Origin: Gemmatimonadota bacterium
GTDB lineage: Bacteria; Gemmatimonadota; Gemmatimonadetes; Gemmatimonadales; GWC2-71-9
Direction: 5' to 3'
Assembly: GCA_029863245.1 (NCBI GenBank)
Contig: JAOTVV010000008.1
Span: forward strand, 17,651-81,650
Length of the DNA stretch: 64,000 bases
Part shown: in pieces, positions 1 through 8,775 of the stretch
Numbering within the stretch: the first letter of the stretch is position 1
Layout of the letters: every line of letters starts with the position of its first letter
Position numbers and translations under genes: made by a program
Notes under the pieces: generated by a model
Told to the model about the DNA's origin: nothing
Databases searched by the model: none
Seen by the model: the letters and a program-made list of their open reading frames with translations, nothing else

Positions 1-422
1 ATCTCGAGCCCTTCTTCACCGGTATCGGGCTGAGAGACCAGCAGGTTCTCGATGTCCACCCCGAGCTTCTTGGCGTACTCGACGTCCAGCGCGTGCTCGG
101 CATCGATGAACGCCGCCACCCCACCCGTTGCCTGGGCATTCGCGGCAATGTGCAGCGCCAGGGTGGTCTTGCCACTCGATTCGGGCCCGTAGATCTCCGT
201 GATCCGGCCGCGCGGGATACCGCCGATACCAATCGCCGCGTCGAGATTGATCGCCCCCGTCGAGATCGCCCCCACGCCCACCCGCGGGCGATCCTGCCCC
301 ATGCGCATGATCGAGCCCTTGCCGATCTGCTTCTCGATCTGCGCGATCGCGAGGTTGAGGGCCTTGGCCTTCTCTTTGGACAGTTCGGTGGTGTCTTGCT
401 GCTGGTCGGGTTTGACGGCCAT
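1..422 (-). CDS. recA: Recombinase RecA, N-terminal ~140 codons (gene continues past window start)
   Basis: Not in the ORF track because it is open at the window edge. Manual reverse-complement translation from the ATG at 422-420 gives [42 protein letters not shown]...[39 protein letters not shown], a RecA N-terminus with Walker A GPESSGKT. Confidence 0.9.
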   Translation of the reverse strand, partial: MAVKPDQQQDTTELSKEKAKALNLAIAQIEKQIGKGSIMRMGQDRPRVGVGAISTGAINLDAAIGIGGIPRGRITEIYGPESSGKTTLALHIAANAQATGGVAAFIDAEHALDVEYAKKLGVDIENLLVSQPDTGEEGLE

Positions 423-484
423 GGGTACCTCAGCGTGTGGTTGTTCGAGCCGAACCGAATATACACCGAAAGCCCCGCCATCCG

Positions 485-880
485 CTAGCCCACCCGAAAC
501 GCGTCTTCGACGTGGTCCAGCACGACTCGGCCACGGGGAGTGAGCGTAATCCCAATCACATCAAAGCGATACGCGTCATCGGGCTGCCCGTGGCGGTCCA
601 CCCAAGCACTGGCCACCCGGACTATCTCCCGCCTCTTCGCCCAGGTGACCGCCTGAAGCGGGCTGCCGAACGCCGCACCCCAACGGGTCTTGACCTCGAG
701 GAACGCGACCAGATGGCCCTTCCTAGCCACGAGATCGATCTCCAGACGGCCCATCCGGAACCGATGGTCCAGGAGCCGCCACCCAGTGGATTGAAGATAC
801 CTGATCGCCAGCTCCTCGCCTTTGAGGCCGCGGCGATGGCGCGGGTCGGTCCACGTGGTGGGATCGGATTTGATGGGCAC
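485..880 (-). CDS. yraN: YraN/UPF0102-family putative endonuclease
   Basis: C-terminal part of ORF 485..1228: [51 protein letters not shown]...RFDVIGITL matches the YraN pattern (GE.DL....lvFVEVK.R). Start set at the in-frame GTG (880), giving a ~131 aa protein. The longer ORF upstream translates the purine repeat (GEKGKGKG). Confidence 0.75.
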   Translation of the reverse strand: MPIKSDPTTWTDPRHRRGLKGEELAIRYLQSTGWRLLDHRFRMGRLEIDLVARKGHLVAFLEVKTRWGAAFGSPLQAVTWAKRREIVRVASAWVDRHGQPDDAYRFDVIGITLTPRGRVVLDHVEDAFRVG

Positions 881-950
881 GGGACCGAAGGTACGGACCG
901 CCGAGCGAGATCCGTGTACCGAATCGACTCCGGAGGTGGCGAATGTGGGC

Positions 951-1050
951 GAAGATGGGGGAAAAGGGAAAGGGCGTGAATGAGGGAAATCGGGGAGGGA
1001 AGCAGACTCCGCCAGGCGAGGACCTTTCCCTTTTCCCTTTTCCCCTTTCC
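951..1050. repeat. Polypurine/polypyrimidine inverted repeat (locus A): purine arm 951-1003, pyrimidine arm 1024-1050
   Basis: Left arm gaagatgggggaaaagggaaagggcgtgaatgagggaaatcggggagggaagc; right arm ctttcccttttcccttttcccctttcc. About 15 nt are exactly complementary (gggaaaagggaaagg / cctttcccttttccc). It lies between the yraN start and the ftsK stop (1054). Confidence 0.8.
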
Positions 1051-1053
1051 GTC

Positions 1054-3303
1054 TCAGTAGTCCTCCAACTCCTCCATCCCCACCAACACCTCCCGTCCAC
1101 GGGGCCCATCCGCGGGACCGAGTACGCCGGCCTCCTCGAGCTGGTCCATGATGCGGGCGGCGCGGCCGTAGCCGATCTTGAGCTTCCGCTGGAGCAGGGA
1201 GGTCGAGCCACCCTGATTGCTGATACACACCTCGGCCGCCTCGCGGAACAGTGCGTCCCGCTCCTCACGCGCACCCCCCAGCCCAGGGGCCACACCCGCT
1301 TCCGCCTCCTCAACCTGGTGCACGAGGTCGAGGATATCCCCCTCCGGTGCTGCAACGAGGCCCTCCTTGGCATGCTCCTCCGCGAGCGCGGCGGTTCGCT
1401 CGGCATACCACTGCGTGAGGGTCTCGGTCTCCTGGGTGGACATGAACGCGCCCTGGAACCGCACCGGCTCGCTCTTGCCCGGCGGCAGGAACAGCCCGTC
1501 GCCGTTCCCCAGCAGCGCCTCGGCGCCGTTTTGATCGATGATCGTGCGGCTGTCGACTTTCGACGCCACTCGAAATGCAATGCGGCAGGAGAAGTTCGCC
1601 TTGATGAGACCGGTAATCACATTCACGCTGGGCCGCTGGGTGGCGATGATGATGTGCAAGCCGGTGGCGCGGGCTTTCTGCGCGAGGATCGCCAGCGGCT
1701 TCTCCACCTCGGCCTGAACGGTCATCATGAGATCAGCCAACTCGTCCACGATGAGGACGATGTAGGGAAGCGGGCCTTCGTCGTAGGGAGACGGTGCGCT
1801 GTGTGCTGGGCCAGACGAGGCGCCGACCCGGTCCGAATCGAGGGTGTCACTACCCCGACTGCCCCCGCGCACAGCTCCCCGCTCACCGACATCCACCAAC
1901 TCTCGCCCTTCAGCCACATACCTGTTGAAATCCCCCATCCCCCGCGCACCGTTGGCATGGAACAGCTCGTAGCGCCGCTCCATCTCCAGGAGCGCCCACT
2001 TGAGCACCTGAGCGGCTTCCTTGTTGTTCGTCACCACCGGGTGTCGCAGGTGCGGCAGCGAATTGTAGAGGGAAAGCTCCACCATCTTGGGATCGATCAT
2101 CAGGAGCCGGAGCTCCCGGGGCGTGTATCGGTAGATCAGGCTCGTGATGATGGTGTTGATGCAGATCGACTTCCCCGATCCCGTCGCACCGGCGATCAGG
2201 AGGTGCGGCATACGGGCCAGGTCGGTGACGATGGGCCTGCCCTCGAGGTTCCGGCCCAGCGCCACCGGGAGTGCGCCCCGCGCCCGCTCCCAGTCCGGGG
2301 CTTCGAGCAACTCCCGGAGCGTCACGATCCGCGGCGCCGGGTTCGGTACCTCCACCCCAACGGCTCCGCGGCCGGGGATGGGTGCCACGATTCTGATCGA
2401 TTGGGCACGCATGGCGAGGGCGAGGTCGTCGGCAAGCGACGCGATGCGACCCACCTTCACGCCGGGTGCCGGTGCAACCTCGTACTGCGTCACGACCGGA
2501 CCCGTGGTGCGGCCCACGATCGACCCCTCGACCCTGAACGTGGCCAGCGTGTCGATCAGCACCTGGCCTTGCCGCTCGATGGCCTCTCCCCAATCGGCTG
2601 TCTCCTCCGAGGACGGCTCGGCAAGGAGATCGACGGGCGGCAATTCGGCGAGGTCTCCGGCGACACGGACGGCCTGCTCGACGGGTGGGCGCCCGGATGG
2701 GCGAGCCGCAGGACTGAGCGGCGTCTCGTCGATGAACGCGTCGAACTCATCGGGCTCCGGAAGCACGATCGCCGCCGCACTCCGTGCTCCGCGACCCGCC
2801 TTCCCACTCGTTGCCAGCCTCTTGAACGGATGCCAATCCAGCGTGTAGACCGTGAGTGCCGAGACGGCGGCGAGGGCGACGATGACGGAGCCGGCAGTGC
2901 CGACCACCCCGGCGATGACCGTGACCAACGCTGCCGGGCCGATCCCGGTGAGCTTCTGCACCACGGTCCAACCATCGTAGTCCGCAGGGAACGCGACCGG
3001 GCTCGTGGCACCGCCCACCACCGCAATGGCGTAGGGCGCGAGCAGAATGAGCCCGCCGAACAAGATCGCCACCCTTGGCAGATCGAGACTCGGGAAGCGG
3101 CCCAAGCCTGCCAGGCCGACGCCGAACCCGAGCAGGGGGATGAGCGCTGCGCCGACGCCAAGGAAACGCCAGAGGAAGCGACCCAGCGTCCCGCCGAGCG
3201 GCCCGGTGACGTCCCAGGGGAGCAGCGCCAGGACCACGAAGCTGCCGGCCAGGAGCGCGGCGATTGCGAGAAGCTCCTGTCGGTGCCGCGGTGACAGCGC
3301 CAT
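1054..3303 (-). CDS. ftsK: DNA translocase FtsK/SpoIIIE
   Basis: ORF 1054..3456. N-terminal TM segments, FtsK ATPase core (HLLIAGATGSGKSICINTIITSLIY, LIVDELADLMM) and a C-terminal gamma/winged-helix-like tail (GGSTSLLQRKLKIGYGRAARIMDQLE). Start set at MALSPRHRQELL (ATG 3303), 3 nt after the comB stop. Confidence 0.9.
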   Translation of the reverse strand: MALSPRHRQELLAIAALLAGSFVVLALLPWDVTGPLGGTLGRFLWRFLGVGAALIPLLGFGVGLAGLGRFPSLDLPRVAILFGGLILLAPYAIAVVGGATSPVAFPADYDGWTVVQKLTGIGPAALVTVIAGVVGTAGSVIVALAAVSALTVYTLDWHPFKRLATSGKAGRGARSAAAIVLPEPDEFDAFIDETPLSPAARPSGRPPVEQAVRVAGDLAELPPVDLLAEPSSEETADWGEAIERQGQVLIDTLATFRVEGSIVGRTTGPVVTQYEVAPAPGVKVGRIASLADDLALAMRAQSIRIVAPIPGRGAVGVEVPNPAPRIVTLRELLEAPDWERARGALPVALGRNLEGRPIVTDLARMPHLLIAGATGSGKSICINTIITSLIYRYTPRELRLLMIDPKMVELSLYNSLPHLRHPVVTNNKEAAQVLKWALLEMERRYELFHANGARGMGDFNRYVAEGRELVDVGERGAVRGGSRGSDTLDSDRVGASSGPAHSAPSPYDEGPLPYIVLIVDELADLMMTVQAEVEKPLAILAQKARATGLHIIIATQRPSVNVITGLIKANFSCRIAFRVASKVDSRTIIDQNGAEALLGNGDGLFLPPGKSEPVRFQGAFMSTQETETLTQWYAERTAALAEEHAKEGLVAAPEGDILDLVHQVEEAEAGVAPGLGGAREERDALFREAAEVCISNQGGSTSLLQRKLKIGYGRAARIMDQLEEAGVLGPADGPRGREVLVGMEELEDY

Positions 3304-3305
3304 GG

Positions 3306-4049
3306 TCAGCTCCGGTCCGGGAGCGTCACCAGCCGGTCGACGTAGTGGGGCACGATCGCGTGGACCTCGGTCTCGGTGGCCGCAAGGATGTCCTTGCGGA
3401 AGCCGGCAGCCTTGAGAGCATGCCCGGCGGCACTCGCCGAGATGGCCCGTTTCCACTTGTCACCGTAGCGGCGCACAAGCTCGAGTGCGGCGATGGCGGC
3501 ATCGTTGAGCTCGGCCGAACGACGCTGCTGTCCGGGGATCAGTTCCTGGGCGAATCGGCCCGCCGCATACGCGTCTTCGAGGGCGAAGCTCCGCTCCCGC
3601 CCGCTACAGAGGATCGTCAGCTCGCCGTGTTCCTCGAACGCCCGGCGCGCGGCCGCGGCGGCCGCCGAGAAGTTGGTGATCGCACCGATCAGCACTGGCT
3701 GGCCGTGCTCGGCCGCAGCGATGGCGGCAGTGCCGTTCGTGGTAGTCATGACCAGCGTCTTCCCCCTGACCACGTCGGCGGTCATCTCGCCGGGCGAATT
3801 GCCCAGGGCGAACCCCGGAATCCGCTCCATCTTGCGTTCGCCACAGAGGAGAACCGCGTCCTTTTCGAGGCTCTGCGCGAGACGCAGCGCGTCTTCGGCC
3901 GTGGCCGCCGGCACCACGCATCGGGCGCCGTTGGCCAGCGCAGCGACGATGGTCGTGGTGGTGCGCAACACGTCGATCACCAGCACCGGGGTCCCCGCGA
4001 TGTCTTGGGGCTTGAGCCCCAACGGCGTGAAGAAGACGGTGATCTTCAT
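3306..4049 (-). CDS. comB: 2-phosphosulfolactate phosphatase family protein (ComB-like)
   Basis: 247 aa. [21 protein letters not shown] ... [20 protein letters not shown] ... TTTNGTAAI matches the ComB family pattern. 4-nt overlap with the accC stop. Confidence 0.7.
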   Translation of the reverse strand: MKITVFFTPLGLKPQDIAGTPVLVIDVLRTTTTIVAALANGARCVVPAATAEDALRLAQSLEKDAVLLCGERKMERIPGFALGNSPGEMTADVVRGKTLVMTTTNGTAAIAAAEHGQPVLIGAITNFSAAAAAARRAFEEHGELTILCSGRERSFALEDAYAAGRFAQELIPGQQRRSAELNDAAIAALELVRRYGDKWKRAISASAAGHALKAAGFRKDILAATETEVHAIVPHYVDRLVTLPDRS

Positions 4050-5401
4050 TCCGGCTTGAACAATCCGGGCTCGCGCTCGAGGAACTTGGTGTCGACGTTG
4101 CCGGCTTCGAAATCGGGATGTCTGATCACGCGCTGCAGAAACGGGATGTTGGTGGTGATCCCCTCCACGATGAACGAGTCGAGCGCCTGGTGCATCCGGG
4201 CGAGTGCCTCCTGCCGGTCACGGCCGTGCACGATCACCTTGGCAATCAGCGAATCGTAGTACGGTGGGACCGTATAGCCGGCATAGATGTGGGTGTCGAC
4301 CCGCACCCCGGGCCCACCCGGAGGGTGAAACGCCGTGATGGTGCCGGGCGACGGCTGGAAGTTCCGGAACGGATCCTCCGCATTCACGCGGCACTCGATG
4401 GCGTGCCCACGCACCCGGTTTCCCTTGAGATGGAGTTGAACGCGCTCACCGGCGGCGACCCGGATCTGTTCCTTCACGAGATCGAAATTGGTCACCATCT
4501 CCGTCACGGGATGCTCCACCTGGATTCGGGTGTTCATCTCCATGAAATAGAAATGCCCGTCGGGATCCAGGAGGAACTCAACCGTGCCGGCACCCACGTA
4601 GCTGATCCGCGAGGCAGCCTTCACCGCCGCCTCACCCATGCGCTCGCGCATCTTCTGATCCAGGGCCGGGCTCGGCGCCTCCTCGACGACCTTTTGATGG
4701 CGCCGTTGCACCGAGCAATCCCGTTCGCACAGGTGCACCACCTTGCCGTAGCGGTCACCCATCACCTGGATCTCGATGTGGCGCGGCCGATCGAGGTACT
4801 TCTCGATGTACACCTCGGCGGACCCGAAGGCCGCCAGCGCTTCATTACGCGCCAGGGAAAACGCCTGCTGGAAGGCCGCGGCATCCCGGGCTACACGCAT
4901 CCCCTTGCCACCGCCGCCCGCCGCGGCTTTGATGATGACCGGATACCCGAGCTCCTCGGCAACCTTGACCGCCGCGTCGGCGTCCTCGACCGCTCCCAGG
5001 GAGCCCGGCACGACCGGAATCCCCAACTCGGTGGCCAGCTTCCGTGCGGCCGCCTTGTCACCCATGAGGCGGATCTGCTCCGCCGTCGGACCGATGAAGG
5101 CGATGTTCGATGCTTCGCACGTCTCGGCGAATTCCGCGCTCTCGGCCAGAAATCCGTACCCGGGATGAATCGCATCCGCGCCGGTGATCTCGGCAGCGGC
5201 GATCAGGTTGGGGATGCGAAGGTAGGAGAGCCGCGACGGCGGCGGACCGATGCAGACGTCGTCGTCGGCGAACCGGACGTGCAGGCTTTCCCGGTCGGCC
5301 TCGCTGTAGACCGCGACCGTCTCGATTCCCAACTCTCGACAGGCACGGATGACCCGCAGGGCGATCTCCCCACGGTTGGCGATGAGGACTTTCTTGAACA
5401 C
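4046..5401 (-). CDS. accC: Acetyl-CoA carboxylase, biotin carboxylase subunit
   Basis: 451 aa. [36 protein letters not shown]..., ATP-grasp core, [10 protein letters not shown]. Confidence 0.95.
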   Translation of the reverse strand: MFKKVLIANRGEIALRVIRACRELGIETVAVYSEADRESLHVRFADDDVCIGPPPSRLSYLRIPNLIAAAEITGADAIHPGYGFLAESAEFAETCEASNIAFIGPTAEQIRLMGDKAAARKLATELGIPVVPGSLGAVEDADAAVKVAEELGYPVIIKAAAGGGGKGMRVARDAAAFQQAFSLARNEALAAFGSAEVYIEKYLDRPRHIEIQVMGDRYGKVVHLCERDCSVQRRHQKVVEEAPSPALDQKMRERMGEAAVKAASRISYVGAGTVEFLLDPDGHFYFMEMNTRIQVEHPVTEMVTNFDLVKEQIRVAAGERVQLHLKGNRVRGHAIECRVNAEDPFRNFQPSPGTITAFHPPGGPGVRVDTHIYAGYTVPPYYDSLIAKVIVHGRDRQEALARMHQALDSFIVEGITTNIPFLQRVIRHPDFEAGNVDTKFLEREPGLFKPE

Positions 5402-5405
5402 GTGG

Positions 5406-6581
5406 CTACTGGGTCAGCCCTTCCAGACCCCCGCTCGAATCGCCCTTTCGCTCCATCACCTCCTCGGCAAACGTGCGGTCGGAGGTCCCCTCGATTCCGG
5501 AAATCCGGAGCGCGAACTCGTTCGGGTTGGTGGCGTAGAAGAGCGCCATCTCGTAGCTGATCTCGCCCTTCTGATACCACTGCATGAGCGATTGGTCGAA
5601 CGACTGCATCCCGTACTGGATCGTGCCTTCCTTGATGAGGTCCGGGATGTTGAGGGCCCGTTCGGGGTCGCGGATGTTGTCCCGCACGGCAGCGGTGTTG
5701 ATGAGGACCTCGCACGCGGGGACGCGCTGGCGACCCTCCTTGCTCGGGACGAGCCGGAGCGAGATCACCGCCTCGAGGGCCGTCGATAAGAGTCCGCGTA
5801 CCGCCGTGTGCTCGTGCGGGGGGAAGAACGAGATGACCCGGTTGATGGTCTGGGTCGTATCGGTCGTGTGGAGCGTCGAGAACACCAGGTGGCCGGTGTC
5901 CGCCGCCTTCATCGCGGTATCCAGCGTCACGCGGTCACGGATCTCACCGATCAGGATCACGTCGGGGTCCTGGCGCAAGACGTGGCGCAGCGCCGCGTCG
6001 AACGACAACGTATCAGTCCCCACCTCACGCTGCGCGACGTTGGCCGTGTCGTCCCGATGCAGGAACTCGATGGGGTCCTCGATTGTGATGATGTTGCAGC
6101 GCCGGTGCTTGTTCACGTGATTGATCATCGCCGCCAGCGCAGTCGACTTGCCCGACCCCGTCACCCCCGTGACCAACACCAAGCCGCGCGGCTTGAGCGC
6201 GATGCGCTCGAGCACCGGCGGGAGATTCAGCTCGGGGATGGTGCGCACCTCGTAGGGGATCGAGCGGAACACGAACGCAAGGGTGCCACGCTGCTGATAC
6301 ACGTTGGTTCGAAACCGGCCCACCCCCGGCACGCCGATCGCGAAGTCCGCCTCCTTGTGCTCGGCGAACTCCTTGACCTGCCGCGGGGTCATGAGCTGCT
6401 CGGCCAGCGCCTTCAACTCCTCCGGCTTGAGCGGTGTTTGACTGAGCTGCGAGAGCTCGCCCACCACTCGGACCGTCGGAGGGCGCCCCACCTTGAGATG
6501 GAGGTCGGACGCCTCCATCCGAACCATCTCGGTGATCGCCTTCTTGAAGTTGAAGCCAGGAGCGTTCGCTGATTCAGCCAT
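5406..6581 (-). CDS. pilT: Type IV pilus retraction ATPase PilT/PilU family
   Basis: 391 aa. [20 protein letters not shown], Walker [49 protein letters not shown]. Its ATG (6581) overlaps the accB stop by 8 nt; its stop is 4 nt before the accC ATG. Confidence 0.85.
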   Translation of the reverse strand: MAESANAPGFNFKKAITEMVRMEASDLHLKVGRPPTVRVVGELSQLSQTPLKPEELKALAEQLMTPRQVKEFAEHKEADFAIGVPGVGRFRTNVYQQRGTLAFVFRSIPYEVRTIPELNLPPVLERIALKPRGLVLVTGVTGSGKSTALAAMINHVNKHRRCNIITIEDPIEFLHRDDTANVAQREVGTDTLSFDAALRHVLRQDPDVILIGEIRDRVTLDTAMKAADTGHLVFSTLHTTDTTQTINRVISFFPPHEHTAVRGLLSTALEAVISLRLVPSKEGRQRVPACEVLINTAAVRDNIRDPERALNIPDLIKEGTIQYGMQSFDQSLMQWYQKGEISYEMALFYATNPNEFALRISGIEGTSDRTFAEEVMERKGDSSGGLEGLTQ

Positions 6582-7089
6582 TCGGACCCACCCTGAAAAG
6601 CACCTGTCCGAACTCCACCGGCTGGGAGTCCTGGACGCACACCTCTGCGATCACGCCCGACACCTCGGCGTCGATCGGATTCATGATCTTCATCGCCTCG
6701 ATGATGCAGAGCGTCTGTCCGGGACCGATGCGTGAGCCGACGCGCACGTACGGCTCTGCCCCGGGCTCGGGCTGCGCATAGTATGTCCCGACCATCGGAG
6801 ATTTGATCTCGTGAAGTGGGGCGGGCCGCTCGCCTGCCGCCTCCGCGGGCGCCGCTGCTGCCCCTCCTCCCTCCTCCCGGCTCGCTACGCCCACGGGGTG
6901 CGAGGCAGGTGGAAGGGGGGAAGAGGATGTCGAGCCAACGTGATATGTCACCGGCCCCTGGTGCGACAATGCGGTGTCCTTGGAGACCCGAATCGTCGTA
7001 CTCCACAGGTTCTTCCGCACCTCGATCGCCCCGGCCTGCGACGAGTTGAGCATCTCGAGGAGCTTCTCCAGAAACTTGAGGTCGATCAT
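6574..7089 (-). CDS. accB: Acetyl-CoA carboxylase biotin carboxyl carrier protein (BCCP)
   Basis: C-terminus IKSPMVGTYYAQPEPGAEPYVRVGSRIGPGQTLCIIEAMKIMNPIDAEVSGVI has the biotinyl EAMK motif. Start set at MIDLKFLEKLLEML (ATG 7089), overlapping the efp stop (ATGA). Confidence 0.85.
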   Translation of the reverse strand: MIDLKFLEKLLEMLNSSQAGAIEVRKNLWSTTIRVSKDTALSHQGPVTYHVGSTSSSPLPPASHPVGVASREEGGGAAAAPAEAAGERPAPLHEIKSPMVGTYYAQPEPGAEPYVRVGSRIGPGQTLCIIEAMKIMNPIDAEVSGVIAEVCVQDSQPVEFGQVLFRVGPNG

Positions 7090-7646
7090 ACGCGCTCGAG
7101 GTATTTGGCCTCTCGACGGTCGACGCGGATGAGCTCGCCCTTTTCCACGAAGAGGGGGACTTGCACCACCGCGCCGGTCTCGAGTTTGGCCGGCTTCGTT
7201 CCGCCCTGCGCCGTGTCGCCACGGAGCCCGGGGTCGGTTTCGACGATCTTCAACTCGATGAAGTACGGCAACTCGACCATGATGACCGTATCGTCGTGGA
7301 CGAGTCCGGAGCACTCCATGCCATCTTTGAGAAACAGCAACTGGTCCTGACCGATCACATCCTCGTTGAGCGGGATGTCTTCGTACGTCTGCAGGTCCAT
7401 GAAGTGGTAGAGGTGGCCGTCATGATACGAGTACTGGATCGGCCGCCGCTCCAGACGTACCTCGTTGACCCGCTCACCCGCCGTCCATGTCCGGTCCAAC
7501 ACCGCGCCCGTTCGGACGTTCTTGAGTTTGCTCCGGACGAAGGCTCCGCCCTTGCCCGGTTTCACGTGCTGAAAATACACGATCTGGAACAGTTGCCCAT
7601 CGACCTCGAGGACCATCCCGTTCCGGAAATCTGCCGTCGATGCCAT
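7086..7646 (-). CDS. efp: Elongation factor P
   Basis: 186 aa. MASTADFRNGMVLEVDGQLFQIVYFQHVKPGKGGAFVRSKLKNVRTG is a canonical EF-P N-terminus. Confidence 0.95.
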   Translation of the reverse strand: MASTADFRNGMVLEVDGQLFQIVYFQHVKPGKGGAFVRSKLKNVRTGAVLDRTWTAGERVNEVRLERRPIQYSYHDGHLYHFMDLQTYEDIPLNEDVIGQDQLLFLKDGMECSGLVHDDTVIMVELPYFIELKIVETDPGLRGDTAQGGTKPAKLETGAVVQVPLFVEKGELIRVDRREAKYLERV

Positions 7647-7650
7647 CGGA

Positions 7651-8775
7651 CTAGATCACTTCCCTCAGTTCGGTTTCCCCATCGGAAAGGAGCACGGCAC
7701 CATCCGATGTGAGGTGCACGTCATCTTCCAGGCGCACACCGCCCCAGCCGGGAAGGTAGACACCGGGCTCGACCGTTACGACCGCCCCGACCGGGAGCAC
7801 CTCATCACTGGTCGCGCTCACACGGGGCTCCTCGTGCACTTCAAGGCCGAGGCCGTGGCCCAGGGAATGCCCGAACGCATCGCCGAACCCCTTGGCCCCA
7901 ATCATCGACCGAGCGAGGGCGTCGGCCTCGCGCCCGGTCATCCCGGCCCGAATGGCCGTGCGTGCCGAACGCTGCGCCTCGCGTACCAACTCATAGATCG
8001 CGCGCTGTCGCTCGTCCGCCCGGCGGCCTACGACCACGGTGCGCGTGATATCGGCGCAGTATCCATCCACTTGAGCCCCGAAGTCAAGGAGCAACCAATC
8101 ACCCGCCTGAAGCTCGCGTTGGGAGGAGGTGGCGTGCGGGAGCGCCGATCGCGGGCCCGAGGCAGCGATCGTGGGAAACGGGTGCCATTCGCTGCCGCGT
8201 TTCCGCAGCTCGAACTCGAGCCGGGCAGCGATCTCGATCTCTCGCTGACCCACCCGCACCGTCGGCAACACCGCCTCGAACGCCTCCATCGCAAGCGTCG
8301 CGGCACTGTGGATGGCCCGGACCTCTTCCGGATCCTTGCATGCCCGCAGGCGTTCGACGAGCCTCTGCTCCGGCTTGAACGTCAATCTGGTCCCATTGGC
8401 TGCAAGAAGCTCCGCCTTCTTCACGGTCAGGGTGTGAGCCTCGTACGCGAGCGTCCGTGCCGTCGGATACTCGGCCAGGACGCTGAGCAGGCGCTTCCAC
8501 GGATCGTCTGCGACGATCTCGATGCGCGCCACACCGCCCACCTCGGCTTCCGCCTGCGTCGCATACCGAAAGTCGGACAGAAAGACCGGCTCCCCATCTC
8601 GCAGGAACGCGAACAGCCCAGCGGTGCCAGTGAATCCCGTCAGGTACCGAACGTTGGGCAGATGGGAGACGACGAGGCCGTCCAGGTCGCGCTCACCGAG
8701 GGAGGCCGCGAGCTGATCGCAACGCGCCGGTCGGGGATCAGCTGGCCCAGGGCCGGGTCGGCCCGAGGTACGCAC
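7651..8775 (-). CDS. pepP: Xaa-Pro aminopeptidase (M24 family)
   Basis: 374 aa. Creatinase-like N-domain (VSHLPNVRYLTGFTG) and M24 metal ligands (LLDFGAQVDGYCADITRT, GHSLGHGLGLEVHE, VVTVEPGVY). GTG start overlaps the upstream stop by 1 nt. Confidence 0.8.
   Translation of the reverse strand: MRTSGRPGPGPADPRPARCDQLAASLGERDLDGLVVSHLPNVRYLTGFTGTAGLFAFLRDGEPVFLSDFRYATQAEAEVGGVARIEIVADDPWKRLLSVLAEYPTARTLAYEAHTLTVKKAELLAANGTRLTFKPEQRLVERLRACKDPEEVRAIHSAATLAMEAFEAVLPTVRVGQREIEIAARLEFELRKRGSEWHPFPTIAASGPRSALPHATSSQRELQAGDWLLLDFGAQVDGYCADITRTVVVGRRADERQRAIYELVREAQRSARTAIRAGMTGREADALARSMIGAKGFGDAFGHSLGHGLGLEVHEEPRVSATSDEVLPVGAVVTVEPGVYLPGWGGVRLEDDVHLTSDGAVLLSDGETELREVI

Noticed and set aside
943-3294. 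783-aa plus-strand ORF, plus many similar long ORFs such as 4118..5560, 7714..9075, 16808..18115, 40206..41252, 43933..45114 and 57201..58658
   Set aside because: These lie antisense to clearly recognisable genes (ftsK, accC, pepP, hutI, relA, secA, carB). Their translations are Arg/Pro/Gly/Ala-rich with no recognisable motifs, the typical stop-poor shadow frames of high-GC DNA.
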